DNA of 63,036 bases, counting the filler, from Syncephalis fuscata S228 (taxonomy: Eukaryota; Fungi; Zoopagomycota), in NCBI GenBank assembly GCA_025786725.1. It is 3 parts of 3 records of this genome, joined end to end, with 100 filler letters (N's around TTAATTAATTAA, not from the genome) between each part and the next. Parts side by side here need not be neighbours in the genome. Positions count along the whole stretch, not along the records: positions 28,247 to 57,006 come from JAHLTZ010000097.1; 2 more parts are not named here. The stretch is one strand, 5' to 3'. The translations under genes were made by a program, and so were the position numbers. Below, piece by piece: positions 40,464 to 54,643 of this stretch. The notes beneath the pieces are model-generated. The model did no database searches, was not told the DNA's origin, and saw only the letters and a list, made by a program, of their open reading frames with translations. How positions within the stretch are numbered: the stretch's first letter is position 1; every line of letters starts with the position of its first letter.

Positions 40464-42286
40464 CTAATGTACTTTCAATTGCGGCGTAGCCGAAAGACTG
40501 CGCTTGTGTAGTACGCCAATAGGTGTTGAATCCTGGTCATTTGCAGGATATCGTCGCTGCGCTTGTTCCTGCTGTTTTAGCTTTTTACTAAGCAGTGCCA
40601 AGTCGAAATTGTTAGGCAGCGAAGGTTCATCTTCAGCCAATTTCGGTGTCTTTCTCTGACTTGAGCTCGACCGTCTCGACTGATTATCATGGGATGATGC
40701 AGTTCGACGATGTGTGCTACCGCCTGCTGGCTTCGCGCCAACCTTGCTTGACGATTTGGAGCGACGCATTGGTGAATCAACTGGTATCGACTTGCCAGTA
40801 ACTGTAGAGGAACGACTAACAACTGCATGCTTGTCACTATGCAATCTATGCGTACTTGGTTGTCGTGAAACCGATTTTCCCGCATCACTATGTTCATTCG
40901 CTGTTTGTCCCAATGACGTTTGGCTTTTGTGCGCTGCACTATGGCCAAATGTATTGGCGCGACGTGCCGTTCCTGAGCGATGTACCGATGATTTGCGCGA
41001 AGCAGCACGCGACGCCGATCTAGACACCGGCTGTGACGAGCCTGTTGATGTTTGGTTATCACGTGTTGCGGACGGCTCTACGCCCAAATCAACAACTACC
41101 GATGTCATCATAGCCGTTGGATTTGCATTGCGAGTACTTGTTTTCAACGGCATTATTTCCGCTATATCTTTGACAACTACCGCTTCTACAGGCGACATTG
41201 TCGCTGCTCTGTTCATATTAATTTCTTTTTCATTGAAATCCTGAACATTAGTGTAGCCGTCGTCGCGACCTTTACGCTGGCGCCCATTGCTACTATTGCC
41301 TAATGAGGCTGCAGCACCACCCATAGCATTCCAAAGACGGCTTTGGCGTATATTATTTCTTAGGCCGCCACTATTGCTTGTTCCATTTGGTCCTGATCCT
41401 GCGCCATATGCTGCGCCTGGATCGCCGTCTTTATCATTGCCACGCGATTCCATCGGTATCGTGTTGGTATAATGCGTGGCCGGATTAGGCGTTCGTACAA
41501 TGGTACCATTGGATTTGCCAGGAAATACTCGGCGAATGATGGCATAGGCAACACCGATAGCAATAATGCCGAATGCCACGCCAATGCCAATAGCTACTGG
41601 CTTAGTAACATTGCCAAATGGACCAAGATAAACTGTCTCATCGCCGCTTGAAGAAGGCTTGCTTTCCGACGAGTCCGTCATAACATCGGGACATTGAATG
41701 TTTTGCTCACATCGATCTTTAAAAATCGACAGCTCCACTGGTGGAGTGCCGCTAACGTTTGATGGCTGTTGTACTACTATTTGCGCCTCAAATTTGTTTG
41801 GATTATTGCCGGTGCAGTCATAACTGGTGGGTACAGTGCCGTTTGTACAGGTTGCGCCACCCGTGGCTGACCCGACAAAACGATACGTAGCTGGAAATGA
41901 GATAAGTGCCCGATAAATGTTATTGTTATCTTTAATGTCGGAGTGCACACCAAAAACTGTGATATTGTAAGTGTGTGTGCTGATTTCTGTCGTGCTTGTA
42001 GTAAAACAGCATGCTAATTACATATCACTGGTTAGTTTCCGGTTCTGTATATTGCCATTAAACCAATTTAATTCAATTGCCGTGTGTTCAATTTGCTACT
42101 TTATTATTACACAAGATATAGCATATTTATTATCTTCCATGCTGTCTCAGCCGTCGTTGCATTACTCTCCTACCCCCTTGATACTATCAATATACACGTA
42201 TTCTTACCTCCAGCCAGTACTTGAGTGATGCCGGTGCAAAGCAGCACCAATACTGCTGCGTAACGCTGTATCAAGCAACGACTCAT
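40464..42286 (-). CDS. Single-pass type I membrane protein: signal peptide, Cys-containing ectodomain, TM helix, long Ser/Arg-rich disordered tail
   Basis: Exon 1 MSRCLIQRYAAVLVLLCTGITQVLAG spliced (phase 1) to the long open exon; TM VAIGIGVAFGIIAIGVAYAII followed by RR. Confidence 0.8.
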
Positions 42287-44679
42287 ACCAGTGACAATAT
42301 TCTAAAAGGCGGCCACAAGGTTGAAAAAGGTTTGTGCAATTGTTTTAAGAGCAGAGATGTGGAAGTGCGTGAATGTATGTGAACAATATGCAGCGTGCAA
42401 TAGTGCTAGTTAAAAGAAAGAGAACAAAAGCTAGACACTCAGATAAGTAGTAGCCAGCTGGTTAGTGAAGACAGAAGAAAATGGACAAGGATTGGAGGTC
42501 AAGGTGCCCAAAATAGGCATAGTGGTGTGGGTGTTACACGATAGCAATAAAATAAAACACTGTACTTTGGCCTTGGTGTTTTTCATGCTGCTGTGGCACT
42601 AGTCTGTAGCCACACAATGCCACTGTACGCAATTCACCTTGAATAAGTAGAATCGCCTGTTCTAACGTTGGTATAATGGCCTGCCTATTGCCAGTATAAT
42701 GGTATCCATCGTTCATGCTTGGCGGATTATCATGCCGGATCGGAGTCGAATTTGTCGATACTGAGTTTGGTGCCTGATCCAAAGGCACTTACACGTCTTT
42801 GCTTTGCCCCTTTCGCTCTTTCGATAAGCACAGCGGAACAGTTTCGGTTGAAGCATGGGCAAATCGCATGGCTTGACCAGGACTCAACTATTAGGCGACG
42901 TATCAAACGCTGCCTATTTTATTCCCTATATTTAGCGACATGCATAAACATAAGGACTATTTAGTCTAGGCTTTTTTTTGGTTTATTACATCTATCGCCA
43001 GCTACCCAATGACCAGGCGACTATATTTATATTCAGTTAATGCTAATTTTATCCAAAACAAACTGGCTTATTCTTTCCATAAGTACTATTAACTTGGTCG
43101 AATAAACCGTTGTCATACTCTGAATATTCACCAATAATTGAGCAATAAACTGCTGGCCATGTTTATCCGCGTTGTTGTTGTATATTTTGTGAGAAATGCT
43201 TTAATACATTTTCTACTAATATACTAAATCTAATCTATTTGATCGTAAAACACCCCTTATTTGATAATGATAAAATTAATTGATTCAGCCGATACAGGAT
43301 CCTTTAATTACCCCGTTACAATAACACCTATTTGTATTGAAATACGATTATGCTTTATTTATCACTACTGGTTTTCATACCCATCTATCGCTAGCTATGC
43401 GTATGTGTATGTATAATAGATTATGACCACCGAAATACCCATCTACTTGCTGTGCCTATCTCGCATTGCAAAATAATAAATACAGATTCAAAATAGTATA
43501 ATTTGTGTGTAAATAAAGCTTGCTCTGCCATATTTAAATGTACTCAGCCATTGGCATAGTCTTTACTTTCACACGTAATGCCACAATGGTGCCATTCTAT
43601 AATAGTTCAGTCGCCGTATTGGTATTTCAATGCCATCCACTTGATAGCAGCCAAAATGCCGCTATTCTCATACTATACAAAAATACATACCGCTTGAAAC
43701 TGCGACGGAAAACGCCTTCATGTCGGAGTCCCAATAGTAACGATCCGCTTTGCTTTCAGCCTTTACAGGATTGCCACTATGGCACGCTGTTGTGCTGGTG
43801 AGTTACTCCAGTCAATGCTTACCAGTATTAACAGGAATTGTACCCACCATTATGCCAAACCATAAGATTGTGTAGATTCTGTCAGGGCGTTAAACCAGTA
43901 TTGCCCGTAAATGGCAATAGCATGCTTATTATTCAAGCACTAATAAAAATGACCGCTATTGACATCATACTATTGTTTGAAGGCAATTGCTCAATTATTA
44001 GTGTCGTAGTCAGCGTGTTGCGCCATATGTCTATGCCATGAATGGAGGCGCAACGCTTCGATATCGTGGGCGTGGTGGTGCTGCCGCCAATAGATCATTA
44101 GCTGCTGTAATAATGATAGTAGCACGTACTGCAACCGTTATGGCTGACAAATATGAAAAATCGCCAAACAAATTCAGGGGCAATCCCTCACAGCTACTTT
44201 CTTATTAGCGACAACTGCAATAAAGAGCAAGTAAGCAGGCTAAAGAAAGCTATGCGCCGTATTTACACCCGCACTACCCGTTAGCCATCCACAGAGTCAA
44301 ATGGCCGGCTTGCTTGGGCGACAAAACAGGTTTGCCGAATATGGTAGCGTGGTATGACGAAGCCTGCTCATTGGTGGGTGGATCATTTCGCCTATGTTGC
44401 GGCCATACATCAGGGCAACGTGCCGTTGTCATTGCCCAGGCAAAGGAATGGAAGGCAGAGCCGCTTAGAGAGCATCTGCACGCGTCTGCAGATTATTGTC
44501 ACCACTGACCGGTTGTCATCCTGTCGCCTCTGCACCTCCCATTCATTGTCTGTCTTCGACTATCCAGACGTATTTTGTCGCTGCCCTCTTGTGGCGCTTC
44601 TCGCAACCTCGCCTTTTCCTTATTGTGCGCTGCCGCTTGTTGTTTCTTCTATATCGTTTAATACTCCTACTATTGTTAC

Positions 44680-44735
44680 AACTACTATTTCTACTATTAC
44701 TACTATTACTACTATTACTCCTCCTCCTACTACTG
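44680..44735. repeat. Imperfect (CTA/TTA/CTC)n trinucleotide microsatellite
   Basis: actactatttctactattactactattactactattactcctcctcctactact. Confidence 0.8.
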
Positions 44736-46918
44736 TCCACTACTATACTGTGTCCTGGTGGTAGATATTTTGTACGGACACCTCCACACTCCTTACTTTC
44801 GTGTATACAAACCAAAAGCGGCTTGCTGGCCACTGGTTAATATTGCCGCCTGCGTTGCGCCTTTTTATGCGTGCTTCCTTACAGTAATTACCGTTTTGCC
44901 TGGCGCTACTTCATCTTGCGCGCTACGTGTTCTATAAAGTTTTGTCCGACTGTCTAATATTAGGTAAGTTTAGAGCGGTGTGGCTGTGTGTGGGCGGGTA
45001 TATAGGTGTGTGTGGCTGCGTACGTTATCCACATCGCCGTCAATGTTTGTTTATGTATTGCCGATGCTCTTACGTGTGTACATTACTGCTTGCTTGGCCG
45101 ATGCGTCTTACTGGCTATCGATGGCGGCGATAGAATGATTCGGCATCTATTCCACTCTTACATTGTTTCATCCTTTTGCGGATTGTGATGTACGGTGAAA
45201 GGGACCGTTATGCCTTATCCGCTACAATAATGGCCTCTCTCTATGTTTATCGACGCACTCGGTATCTGCGCATCTCTTTCATTTATTATCTGCTTGAATT
45301 TTGCCACAACTCGTTTATCTTCCGTCTTTCTATTAACTAACTACAGTAACTATTGTCGGCATTGATCAATCCGACATCGCTGGTCGACTACACATCATAG
45401 TTTTATACTAATACCTATCGCGTATTGTCGCCTATATATTCTCTTTAAACTAATACTAGCTACCTACAAGTTTTTGGTAAGTAGCTTAGTAAGAGCGATG
45501 CTATTTGTCCTGTTGCACAAATTACATCTGCTTTGCAATTTAATGTAATAACAATACACTATTTTAAATGGCGTTTATAATATCTTCACTTTATTGCTTG
45601 GCTTTTTGGCCATTTTGTATATTCAAAAGATGGCTGAGGAGCAATATTTTATTATTACTGAGATCTAAATACGGAGTTTAAAGGCGGTCTTTTTTGCTAT
45701 TCATAGCATCTTCATTTTTTTCACTTTCTGCAATACAAAACAGCTACTATCGCTGCTATCACTATTTCGGCTCGTTATCTATCCATTTTATGACGCACTG
45801 ACACATCCTCACTCAATTATTCTCGTTACATGTCGTAATACACTTTGAGTCTTCTGTGCTCCTGCGTTTCTACGACACCATAAAACGAGGTTCGCCTTTT
45901 CTCGATAATACTATTATGGTACGTTGTTAGACGATATTTCCATCTTACGGTGCGATCCAATGCACCCGCCAAGTAGATATATGGCACAGCGCTGCTATGC
46001 AACTCCAGATGGCACTGCTAGTGGTAGCAGTAGTCTACTGTGGGAGAGTAGCCGCGTAGTGTAGGATTGTCGAGCATGGCATAGACAAGGAGATGCACAT
46101 AATGCTGTAGCCGCTTGTGAACAAGCGATAACGACAGCGCCAATGGCACTCCTTTTCTCGCATCCTACTGGCGCAAGCTAGATACACGTTTCTATTTTGT
46201 GTTCTCCATTCTACTGGTATCTATTATTATGCTGGTTTGGTTTTTTATGTCGACACGACAAACAGATTGGAAAGTGTAGACAGCCACCTCATTTGCACAT
46301 GGCTTCTATGGCAATTTTGCATGATCTCTCTTTTTGGAACAACAGTATCCAATTAAAGCAACTGTAGTGCTCCGTTTTCCTTTTTTGGTAATCTCGCATT
46401 TTCTCTATGGATGTGTCGGCATAAGTGGAAAAATAGTCCATTCTACACACACACACACATAATTCCTATGACAATTGCGCTATCATTCTACGGCTACTCC
46501 AGACCGTGGCCTTAGGAACCTACAATCTTACACGTGCTTCAGTAGCCTCTCTTATTCACCTTGAAAACTTTTGCTATAATTATTTCTATTTGTCCTCATC
46601 ATCTACTTACACCTACTTGCTTGGTCATTCTTATCCACTCGGCCGCTACTTTTTTTTACGTAGACAAGCCGCCACCCATCAATTAACATCTTGCGTGCCG
46701 GCAGCTTATTATTATTACGGCCGTATACTTTTGTGACGGCCACACCGCCTCCTTTTCCTTGCACCTATCTATTCGCTTATTCTAATTAGTGTGCAATAGT
46801 TCCACACGCGCGTAGACCGCCGAGTCTTAGACTACACTCTGCTAGCGGCTTGACTTGCTCTATATTGGATCTAAATACTTACCTATTATTATATTATAAT
46901 TGCTAGTTTCAACTCGCT

Positions 46919-48503
46919 ATGGTTTCACTTACAGCTACATTATCCCGACGATGGAAACAATCGTCATCGACCACGCTACTTGCCGTCGGCCTTCTAAGTA
47001 ATCTTTTGTCCATGGTGTCGGTCGTGTCATCGGAAGCCACGGAACAAGCACCAAAATACGACGCTGCTCTGTCACCCGAGCAAAATCCATATGGCTTCAA
47101 AGTAAGCTACGGCGTGGTCTGGCTAAATGAAGAACAGCACGCCTTTGGTGGCCAGTTCAACATTTCAATGTCCAGGCCCATTAAAGGTGCCAGCTGGGTG
47201 CTAAAGTTCCAGTTTGCCGACAGCAATACGCGCGCCGATAATTACTGGGGCCAATGGGACCTAGAACATATTACAAACACCACCTATAATCTTGCTAAGC
47301 CAAAGCCACTAGATAATGGTGTGGATATTGTAGAAGAAGGTGACACAACGGTCCATTCCTATGCCTTCAACGGAAAATACAACAACGATGATAAGAATGC
47401 CATCTATCCAAACTACTATGCCTACGCACCCAACGACAAGGTTAAACCCGTTATTTTGACACCGTTTGAAGTGAGCAATAAGAAGTTACCAGATACACCA
47501 TTGCCCACTTCCCCACCTGGCGAATACAATCGTCAGCAACGTACGGCCAGTGCGGGTAGCGCCACAAACGCAGTGGGCGGCAACGATTCAAACAGTGCGA
47601 GTGCCGACTCTAACTCGAGCGGTAATGTCAGTGCTGGAAGTGGTTCATTAACAGGCATTACCATTCTTGGTGGTATTCTGGCTGTTGGTCTAACTGTTGT
47701 AGGCATTGCCACGTACCGCCGTCGTGAATATCGCCGAGATGTCGCCACCAAAAAGGACGATACAATCCTTCCCAAATTTGCTCCTGACAGTATGGCAAAG
47801 GATGCCGTTAAAATGCCACCCCCTTCGGCTATTAACAACCATTCAGTAGCTGCCCGTGCTGCCGCCGGTGCAGTAATTATGGAGGAAATGAATGCCGATC
47901 AAGCCATGGCCGAAGAATACTACGTCATGGAGGATGTGGCACCCGATGCCCACCATCACCACTTGGAGATGGCGGCCGACGAATACAACGCCATAGAAGC
48001 CATGCCGGAACATGACGATGGCGTCTATTATGCTGAATACGATGCTGAGATGCACCAAGAGTTCTACCCGATGGAAGGTGAAGGCCAATACGAAATGGAA
48101 GAGCCATACGTGATGGTCATGGCGAGGCCATGTACGAAGGCGAATACGTTGAAGGCCTTCCAGACTACGCCATCCAGTATGACGATGAGGTTGGCTATGA
48201 CGGCATATGGACGAAGCCAACCATGAAGTCTACCACGTAGAAGAGACTGCCAACCATAACAATGCGTCTGGTGGCAACGGTGCAATTGAACACGTTGATC
48301 TTCGCGCACCAGTGGCCCAGGAATACTACGTATCTAATGCCATTGCCTATGACGATGAGGGACACGATCTAGGATTAGACCAATCAGCACATGATGGCCA
48401 CGACCAAGGTTACGGCCATGCCTACGAGGCTGGTGACTACGAGGCCACAGAGTTCGACGATGGTCAATATGAACAGCAACAACACCACCACCACCAATAC
48501 TAA
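46919..48503 (+). CDS. Single-pass membrane protein: signal sequence, aromatic beta-rich (possibly carbohydrate-binding) ectodomain, Ser/Asn linker, TM helix, acidic Tyr/His-rich tail; two apparent frameshifts
   Basis: 435-aa ORF with TM GITILGGILAVGLTVVGIATY-RRR; acidic tail composition continues in two other frames to TAA at 48503. Confidence 0.75.
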
Positions 48504-51077
48504 TTCAATGTAATATGAGTGAGCGAAAAGTCACCCGTTAACCAAGTATTTAATTGTTTTCCCGCTTGGTTTACCTTGCATAACTCTGTGATCTTTCCTT
48601 CTCTTCGTTACACTACTATCCCTTTATACTGCTTGTGCTGTCGTGCCGGCATTGCAGTATGTGTGTGTCCACGTTTCCTTTTTTGCGATTAGACAAGCGC
48701 CTATTATTGAACCACTTTTTGATTGCTTGTGTGCACGGCTCTAAGCAATTACTTCTCCGTATACATGTTCGCTCGCATTGATTGTTTGTCTGAGCGTGAA
48801 AGATTTCTGAAGAATAAGATTACATTTTCTTTCTCGATGGCAATTGTAAACTATAAGCGTGTGCCACATGTTGTGTGATTAAATGAATGTTTACGCATTG
48901 ATAAATACTAATACCAATAACAATTCAAATTGAATGGATATGCTAATAGTAATAAGTATTGATGAGCTAGTAATATATACATAAATCATAATGATGGCCA
49001 ATATGAATTATTTAGTTTTACAATAATGATGATGAATAATTAGAAATAGTTGACTGTTTATGTATTGTATTTGTGTTCAAATAATGAGTATTAGCCACTA
49101 GTCAATTGATGTTAATATATATATGATCAATCTGGGATATTATTGAATAAATAGCCAATGATGAGCTGTTAATATACAATATTTATTATTTATCTGGCTG
49201 CATTGTACTTTGACTCCAATTGGGACGAATTTTGCTTTGGAGACAAATGTGAAGTTGCACTATTATGCACAACATAATTGTATTGCTTTTTATTAAGATT
49301 ATGTTAATAAATTGATTTAACATAGCATAACATAACATACCATTCGACTACTTTGAAACATTTGAGGCTGATTATTGTTGTCGATGCTATGTAGAAAAAT
49401 TAATTGAATATTAATAGAAGCCATATGGTTGCAGCTCTATGTCATTTTGCATTGATTATTATTACATCTACGTACAGCATAGATTATTACATCTAAGTAG
49501 TCTCTTTTATTTTCTAATATTCTACTATTGCATTTTGAGCATATTTGCGATGTAAGATCAAAATTAATATAACCATTATAAAAGTCGTTTATTAAACAGC
49601 CACTTCCCATATAGCCAATCTGACTAAATAAAAAACAATATATACATTAAAGCAATAATAAAGATAACTAATTAATTACATTATTATACTGATAATTACG
49701 CATGAATTAATTAATGTTGGATGTAATATTATGCATGTTACAATGCACATGGAATAGTGATGATGGGTGTTTGATTTTGTTTAAGTGTTAAGAAAGAGGC
49801 GGCGAAATGAGTAAGTAAAAAATGTGGGAGTCAAAGTACAATAGCTTCCTTTATCTAATCTATATGGTGTGTAAAAATGGTATACAAATTTAATAAATGA
49901 AATAAAATAACTGATACTTTTTTATTAAATAACCAGCACCAATCAGCTAGCTAACTTTCCAGTAGTCGGCTATTTGGTTTGTTATTTGGTTTTATTAATA
50001 ATAGTAATGAAATTACTAAACTGAAATCAGTAATAAATTAACACGCGTAGTAACATAGTTTATCGTTTATTATCAATAAGCAGTATGTTGTGACCAGTAG
50101 CTTATGTATGAGTTACGTAATTGTGCTTTTTAAATTATTAATTAATTAGCCATTACAAGCACTAAGGTCAGTAGCGGTTTATTAAAAAATGGTTATTAAG
50201 TTAAGCGGTAGTAGATATTTAGTAATTAGCTATTGCCATAGTTCAATGGCTATACACTAAATAATATCTGTAATAAAACTAGAAACTATGAGATGAGATA
50301 ATTACTACTTTTTTATTTGAATAATAAAAATATGTTAATATTTATGCTGGATTATTCTATGCTTGATAGCGGTTAATTAATATATAACTCAAACGCCATT
50401 GTTTTCCGCATTCTCCACGCGGTATTATTTGTCCATATGATTAATCGTATGTATTCAACGAGTAAATGCAATAATGTATCATTTCGTTCATTATTGCTAA
50501 TGTACACTATGTATATACAGCATAATTGCTAATACTCTGTAACAATTTATGCCATTAACAAAACCAAATACAATAAGCGTAGATATTGTTGATTACATAC
50601 AATACTGACAGATATACTGCTATTGGTTGTTGATTTCATTGCTATTAAATTAATATGTTCAATGATGATAATAATAGAAATAGTATGTATTAATACTAGT
50701 ATCATAACACTATTAGCGGTTAGTAATTAATTATAGCTATAAAAATGCATCAGCCATATACCAAATGTTAAAACTGGCTTGTATAAGTAGGTATAATATA
50801 TATATTGTTTAGTAAAATGGCATGCATTTTATTAATATTTATACAATTTATATTATTTATTTAATTGGCATTATAGCATAATATGGAACTGTACTTACTA
50901 TGAGAATATTTTATTTAATAATGGCTTAAATAGATTTGTTCACTAATTTAAAGAAACAAATATATAAAATAATGGCTAGTAATTGCTTTTTAATTAAGAT
51001 TTGCTATGATAAAAGCCAATAATTTAATTTTAGGAATATATATTTTTCGGAGGCTAAAATTTTATTGAGCATTGCCA

Positions 51078-51148
51078 GCTGTAGTGGTGTAGTGGTATCA
51101 CAAGACGTTGTGGCCGTCTTAACCCTGGTTCGATTCCAGGCTATAGCA
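51078..51148 (+). tRNA. tRNA-His (GTG)
   Basis: Acceptor GCTGTAG/CTATAGC+A; A-box TGGTGTAGTGG; anticodon stem AGACG/CGTCT with loop TTGTGGC; T arm CCTGG-TTCGATT-CCAGG; downstream T5 terminator. Confidence 0.95.
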
Positions 51149-53343
51149 ATGCTTTTTGCTCCATTTCGGTACACAACAACGTACTGTCGTTGCCTTTTTG
51201 TTAAACACAAAAGCTTGAACTGTTATCCTTGCGTCTATTTTTTACTTTTTTATATAGATTATTTAATGACATTTATTACACTATTAGTTAATTCATAATT
51301 ATTTCAAGAAAATAGCAAATTCAATTCAAGAAAATTGAAACGACGTACAAAAAAGATATATATCATCTAGCTGTTTAATAACTAAATTTAACAAATATTA
51401 AACCAAATCAAGAAAGTGCGGCAAAAGGGATGTGCTGTAATGATTATTGATTAGATAACATATAGCTTACTTAATAAATAGCGACTAATCAAATGCGTCA
51501 TGCTTTATTGGTGCTATGTCTACTAGCTATTAACAATCAACGAAACATTGTTGGTAATCAAACAATTAAAAACAATACGTAATTATCCAGGTCCCACATA
51601 ACGTTACATTGATGTATAACAGATATGCTTTAATCAAAACGTAGTCCGGTTGTTATATATAGTCAGCTATAATACACAAGTGACCATAAGTTGCAATCAA
51701 GACATTGGTATTGCTGCTGTTTACTGATACAACGCATGTATGTAGATTTAGCGGCTGCATTGGTTGTATAGAAGCGTACTACTGTTGCTGTTTTAAAAAT
51801 TGGAGACAATAGCAAGGTGAATAAGTAGCACATTACGTATTTAATGTATACATAATGCCAGTGATTAATGATGTGTCTACGACCATATACTGGAAATGAA
51901 CATGTCGAGTGAATTGATAATTCCATAAATAATACTAATTCTATATTACCACTAACATCTATAAATGATAATCTGAATACACACCAATAAAATATGTTGT
52001 TTAATCAAGGTAATACACAAGCATTGAATTGGCGGCTGATTCAAGTGGAGATAAATTGGCATGCATCTAAGGGAGGGAAAGACAAATATGAAAGCAGTGT
52101 AATAGACGATAACGCAATATAACATTAATTTCTCGGTACTTTTAATACTCTGCAATAACTATCAGTGCTGTAGCCATTGGCTACAACCAGTATACGCATT
52201 AATAAATAGTTATGCATCAACTGGTGTTGCGCTATAATGAACATGTGTTAATAGGAATTGGACAATTGATTGACATGTCGATATGTATTACTTGAATGTA
52301 TTGTCACGTAATACAACAAACATTATATACGTCTTACTAGCGTGTATTGAAATTTGTTACTATATATTTTAGTAAGTTGTTACCGGTAACGTTACAAACA
52401 CAACAAACAGTAGCCACTATAATTGCATTTATTACTGGCCATTAGCAATGTTTTTGCTGTTGTTTATGATTAACTACACATATATATACACATAGGCTGT
52501 TTATCGTATCGTTTATTTATGAATAAACATAGTGCTAACAACAACTATGCTTACGTAAAACGTTATGTTTTTGACGCCTTACTAGCTAACACATGTCATA
52601 TTGCCATTATATTATAATACCGATAAAAGCGCTAGCAATGGATGTTTCATCAATGTAACCGACAATTTAATATGCCAAGTAGCCTCTGATCCGTATGGCT
52701 GTACTGCCATTGGCTAAGGTAGTAAACCGCGTTATTGTTCTTGTGTATAGCTAGCATGGATGTGCAATATGTAAGGCTAAATTAGCATATCAAATCGCCA
52801 GTGCTCTTGATAATGGCTACTAATCAAAGAAAGACAAATTAGGTATAAAATGGGTACAGTAATGTATGCATTCATTTAAGTGTGTGAAGATTGCTGTATC
52901 AGTAAACTAGTATATGTAGCTGTTGACTAGCTATTTATTACGCATCATATAAACAAATTGATATTATATTAATTCCAGGCAAGTTAAATTGTCACGGGAA
53001 TAAAATTAACTTATTAAACATGTATTACTGGCATTATTAATCAGTCGTTAGGATCTAGTTAGATACACCGGGGGTGTTGTAAAATATACCATCAATGTGC
53101 TTCAATTAGTCTTTCAACAGTCGTTTATTAATTATAAGTATGTGCTATTAAAATATTGTTGCATGTAGTATGCAATTGCTATAGCTACATTTTTAAACAA
53201 TACTATTATTTATAACAATGACACTAAACGCACAAACAGGTATTCATTATTATTGTGATTATTCAGACGAAAATTAACAGCAATTTAGCAATAATACAAC
53301 ATAATCAGCAGTGTAGCTTTAATATTACAATGATTTAGCAATC

Positions 53344-54643
53344 ATACTAGCATACTATCGGCTGTAATAATGCATCAATCAGCTATACGTGTACCGATAC
53401 TAATTGCCACATTGATCAGTCGTGCCATTGATCAGTGAACAACAACATACTGTGGCTAATTACGGCCAATAGTTGTAGCTGTATAGCAGCAACAATCATC
53501 GGTAACGTTAACAACGAAATCAGCTGTAAAATATGTGATTATTAGTCGATATTAATTAGTGGTATTGCGATAGAGTCATAATGACACCAATCAGTATTGG
53601 ACAGCAGTATTGATATCGCAATGTATATGTTCGACATCAACAACTGTTAAATAACAGATATACTGACATACATGCAGCTACTAGCAGCCGCTCATAATAT
53701 TATTAATCATGTTAATAAACGGAATTTATTATACAGTCAATAGTAATCTTAGTTACCATATTATATTTACAGTATAAAGCAGCACAATTGAATATATAGC
53801 AATAATAGTAATCGGTATGAAATTGATTACGTCAACGCCACATGTTGCTATATGTTATATACAGCCACTAGTTACTAGTGATATATGACATTCCATCAAT
53901 GCTATATTAGCTGGTTTATTAACCAGCTGGCAAGTAGTACGACATTTATTTACGCACAAATACATTAATACAATGCTACTAACCAGATGTATGTTAGCTA
54001 CTATTAAGCAGCCAATAGTGTTAATCAGAAATGGCAATGTTTTATTAGCAATTACATGCACAATAGCAACTATCAACAATCAGCTTCGGTAATATAATTG
54101 CTGTATATCTATATATACTGCTATTGTTGATTGGTAATAGTAATATTGGCTATTGTAAAACCGTGGATCAAGCAAAATAATTGTAACAAGCATTTTTGCC
54201 ATTTTTATCAGTTATAATAGTCAGTAATTGCTGGTCATGCATAATGATATGTGTACTAATAGCTATTGACTAACCAGATAAAACCATCAGTAGTGATTAG
54301 CACATTGACAATACATATGCCAGTATATCTGTTATTTAACAGTTGGTTGATGTCGAACATATACATTGCGATATCAATACTGCTATCCAATACTGATTGG
54401 TGTCATTATGACTCTATCGCAATACCACTAATTAATATCGACTAATAATCACATATTTTACAGCTGATTTCGTTGTTAACGTTACCGATGATTGTTGCTG
54501 CTATACAGCTACAACTATTGGCCGTAATTAGCCACAGTATGTTGTTGTTCACTGATCAATGGCACGACTGATCAATGTGGCAATTAGTATCGGTACACGT
54601 ATAGCTGATTGATGCATTATTACAGCCGATAGTATGCTAGTAT
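53344..54643. repeat. Foldback: about 325-bp near-perfect inverted repeats (53344-53670 / 54316-54643) around a 650-bp non-coding spacer
   Basis: atactagcatactatcggctg...ataacagatatactg matches its reverse complement cagtatatctgttat...cagccgatagtatgctagtat. Confidence 0.9.

Noticed and set aside
44314-44840. Overlapping poly-Leu/Thr/Ser ORFs
   Set aside because: Produced by the trinucleotide microsatellite.
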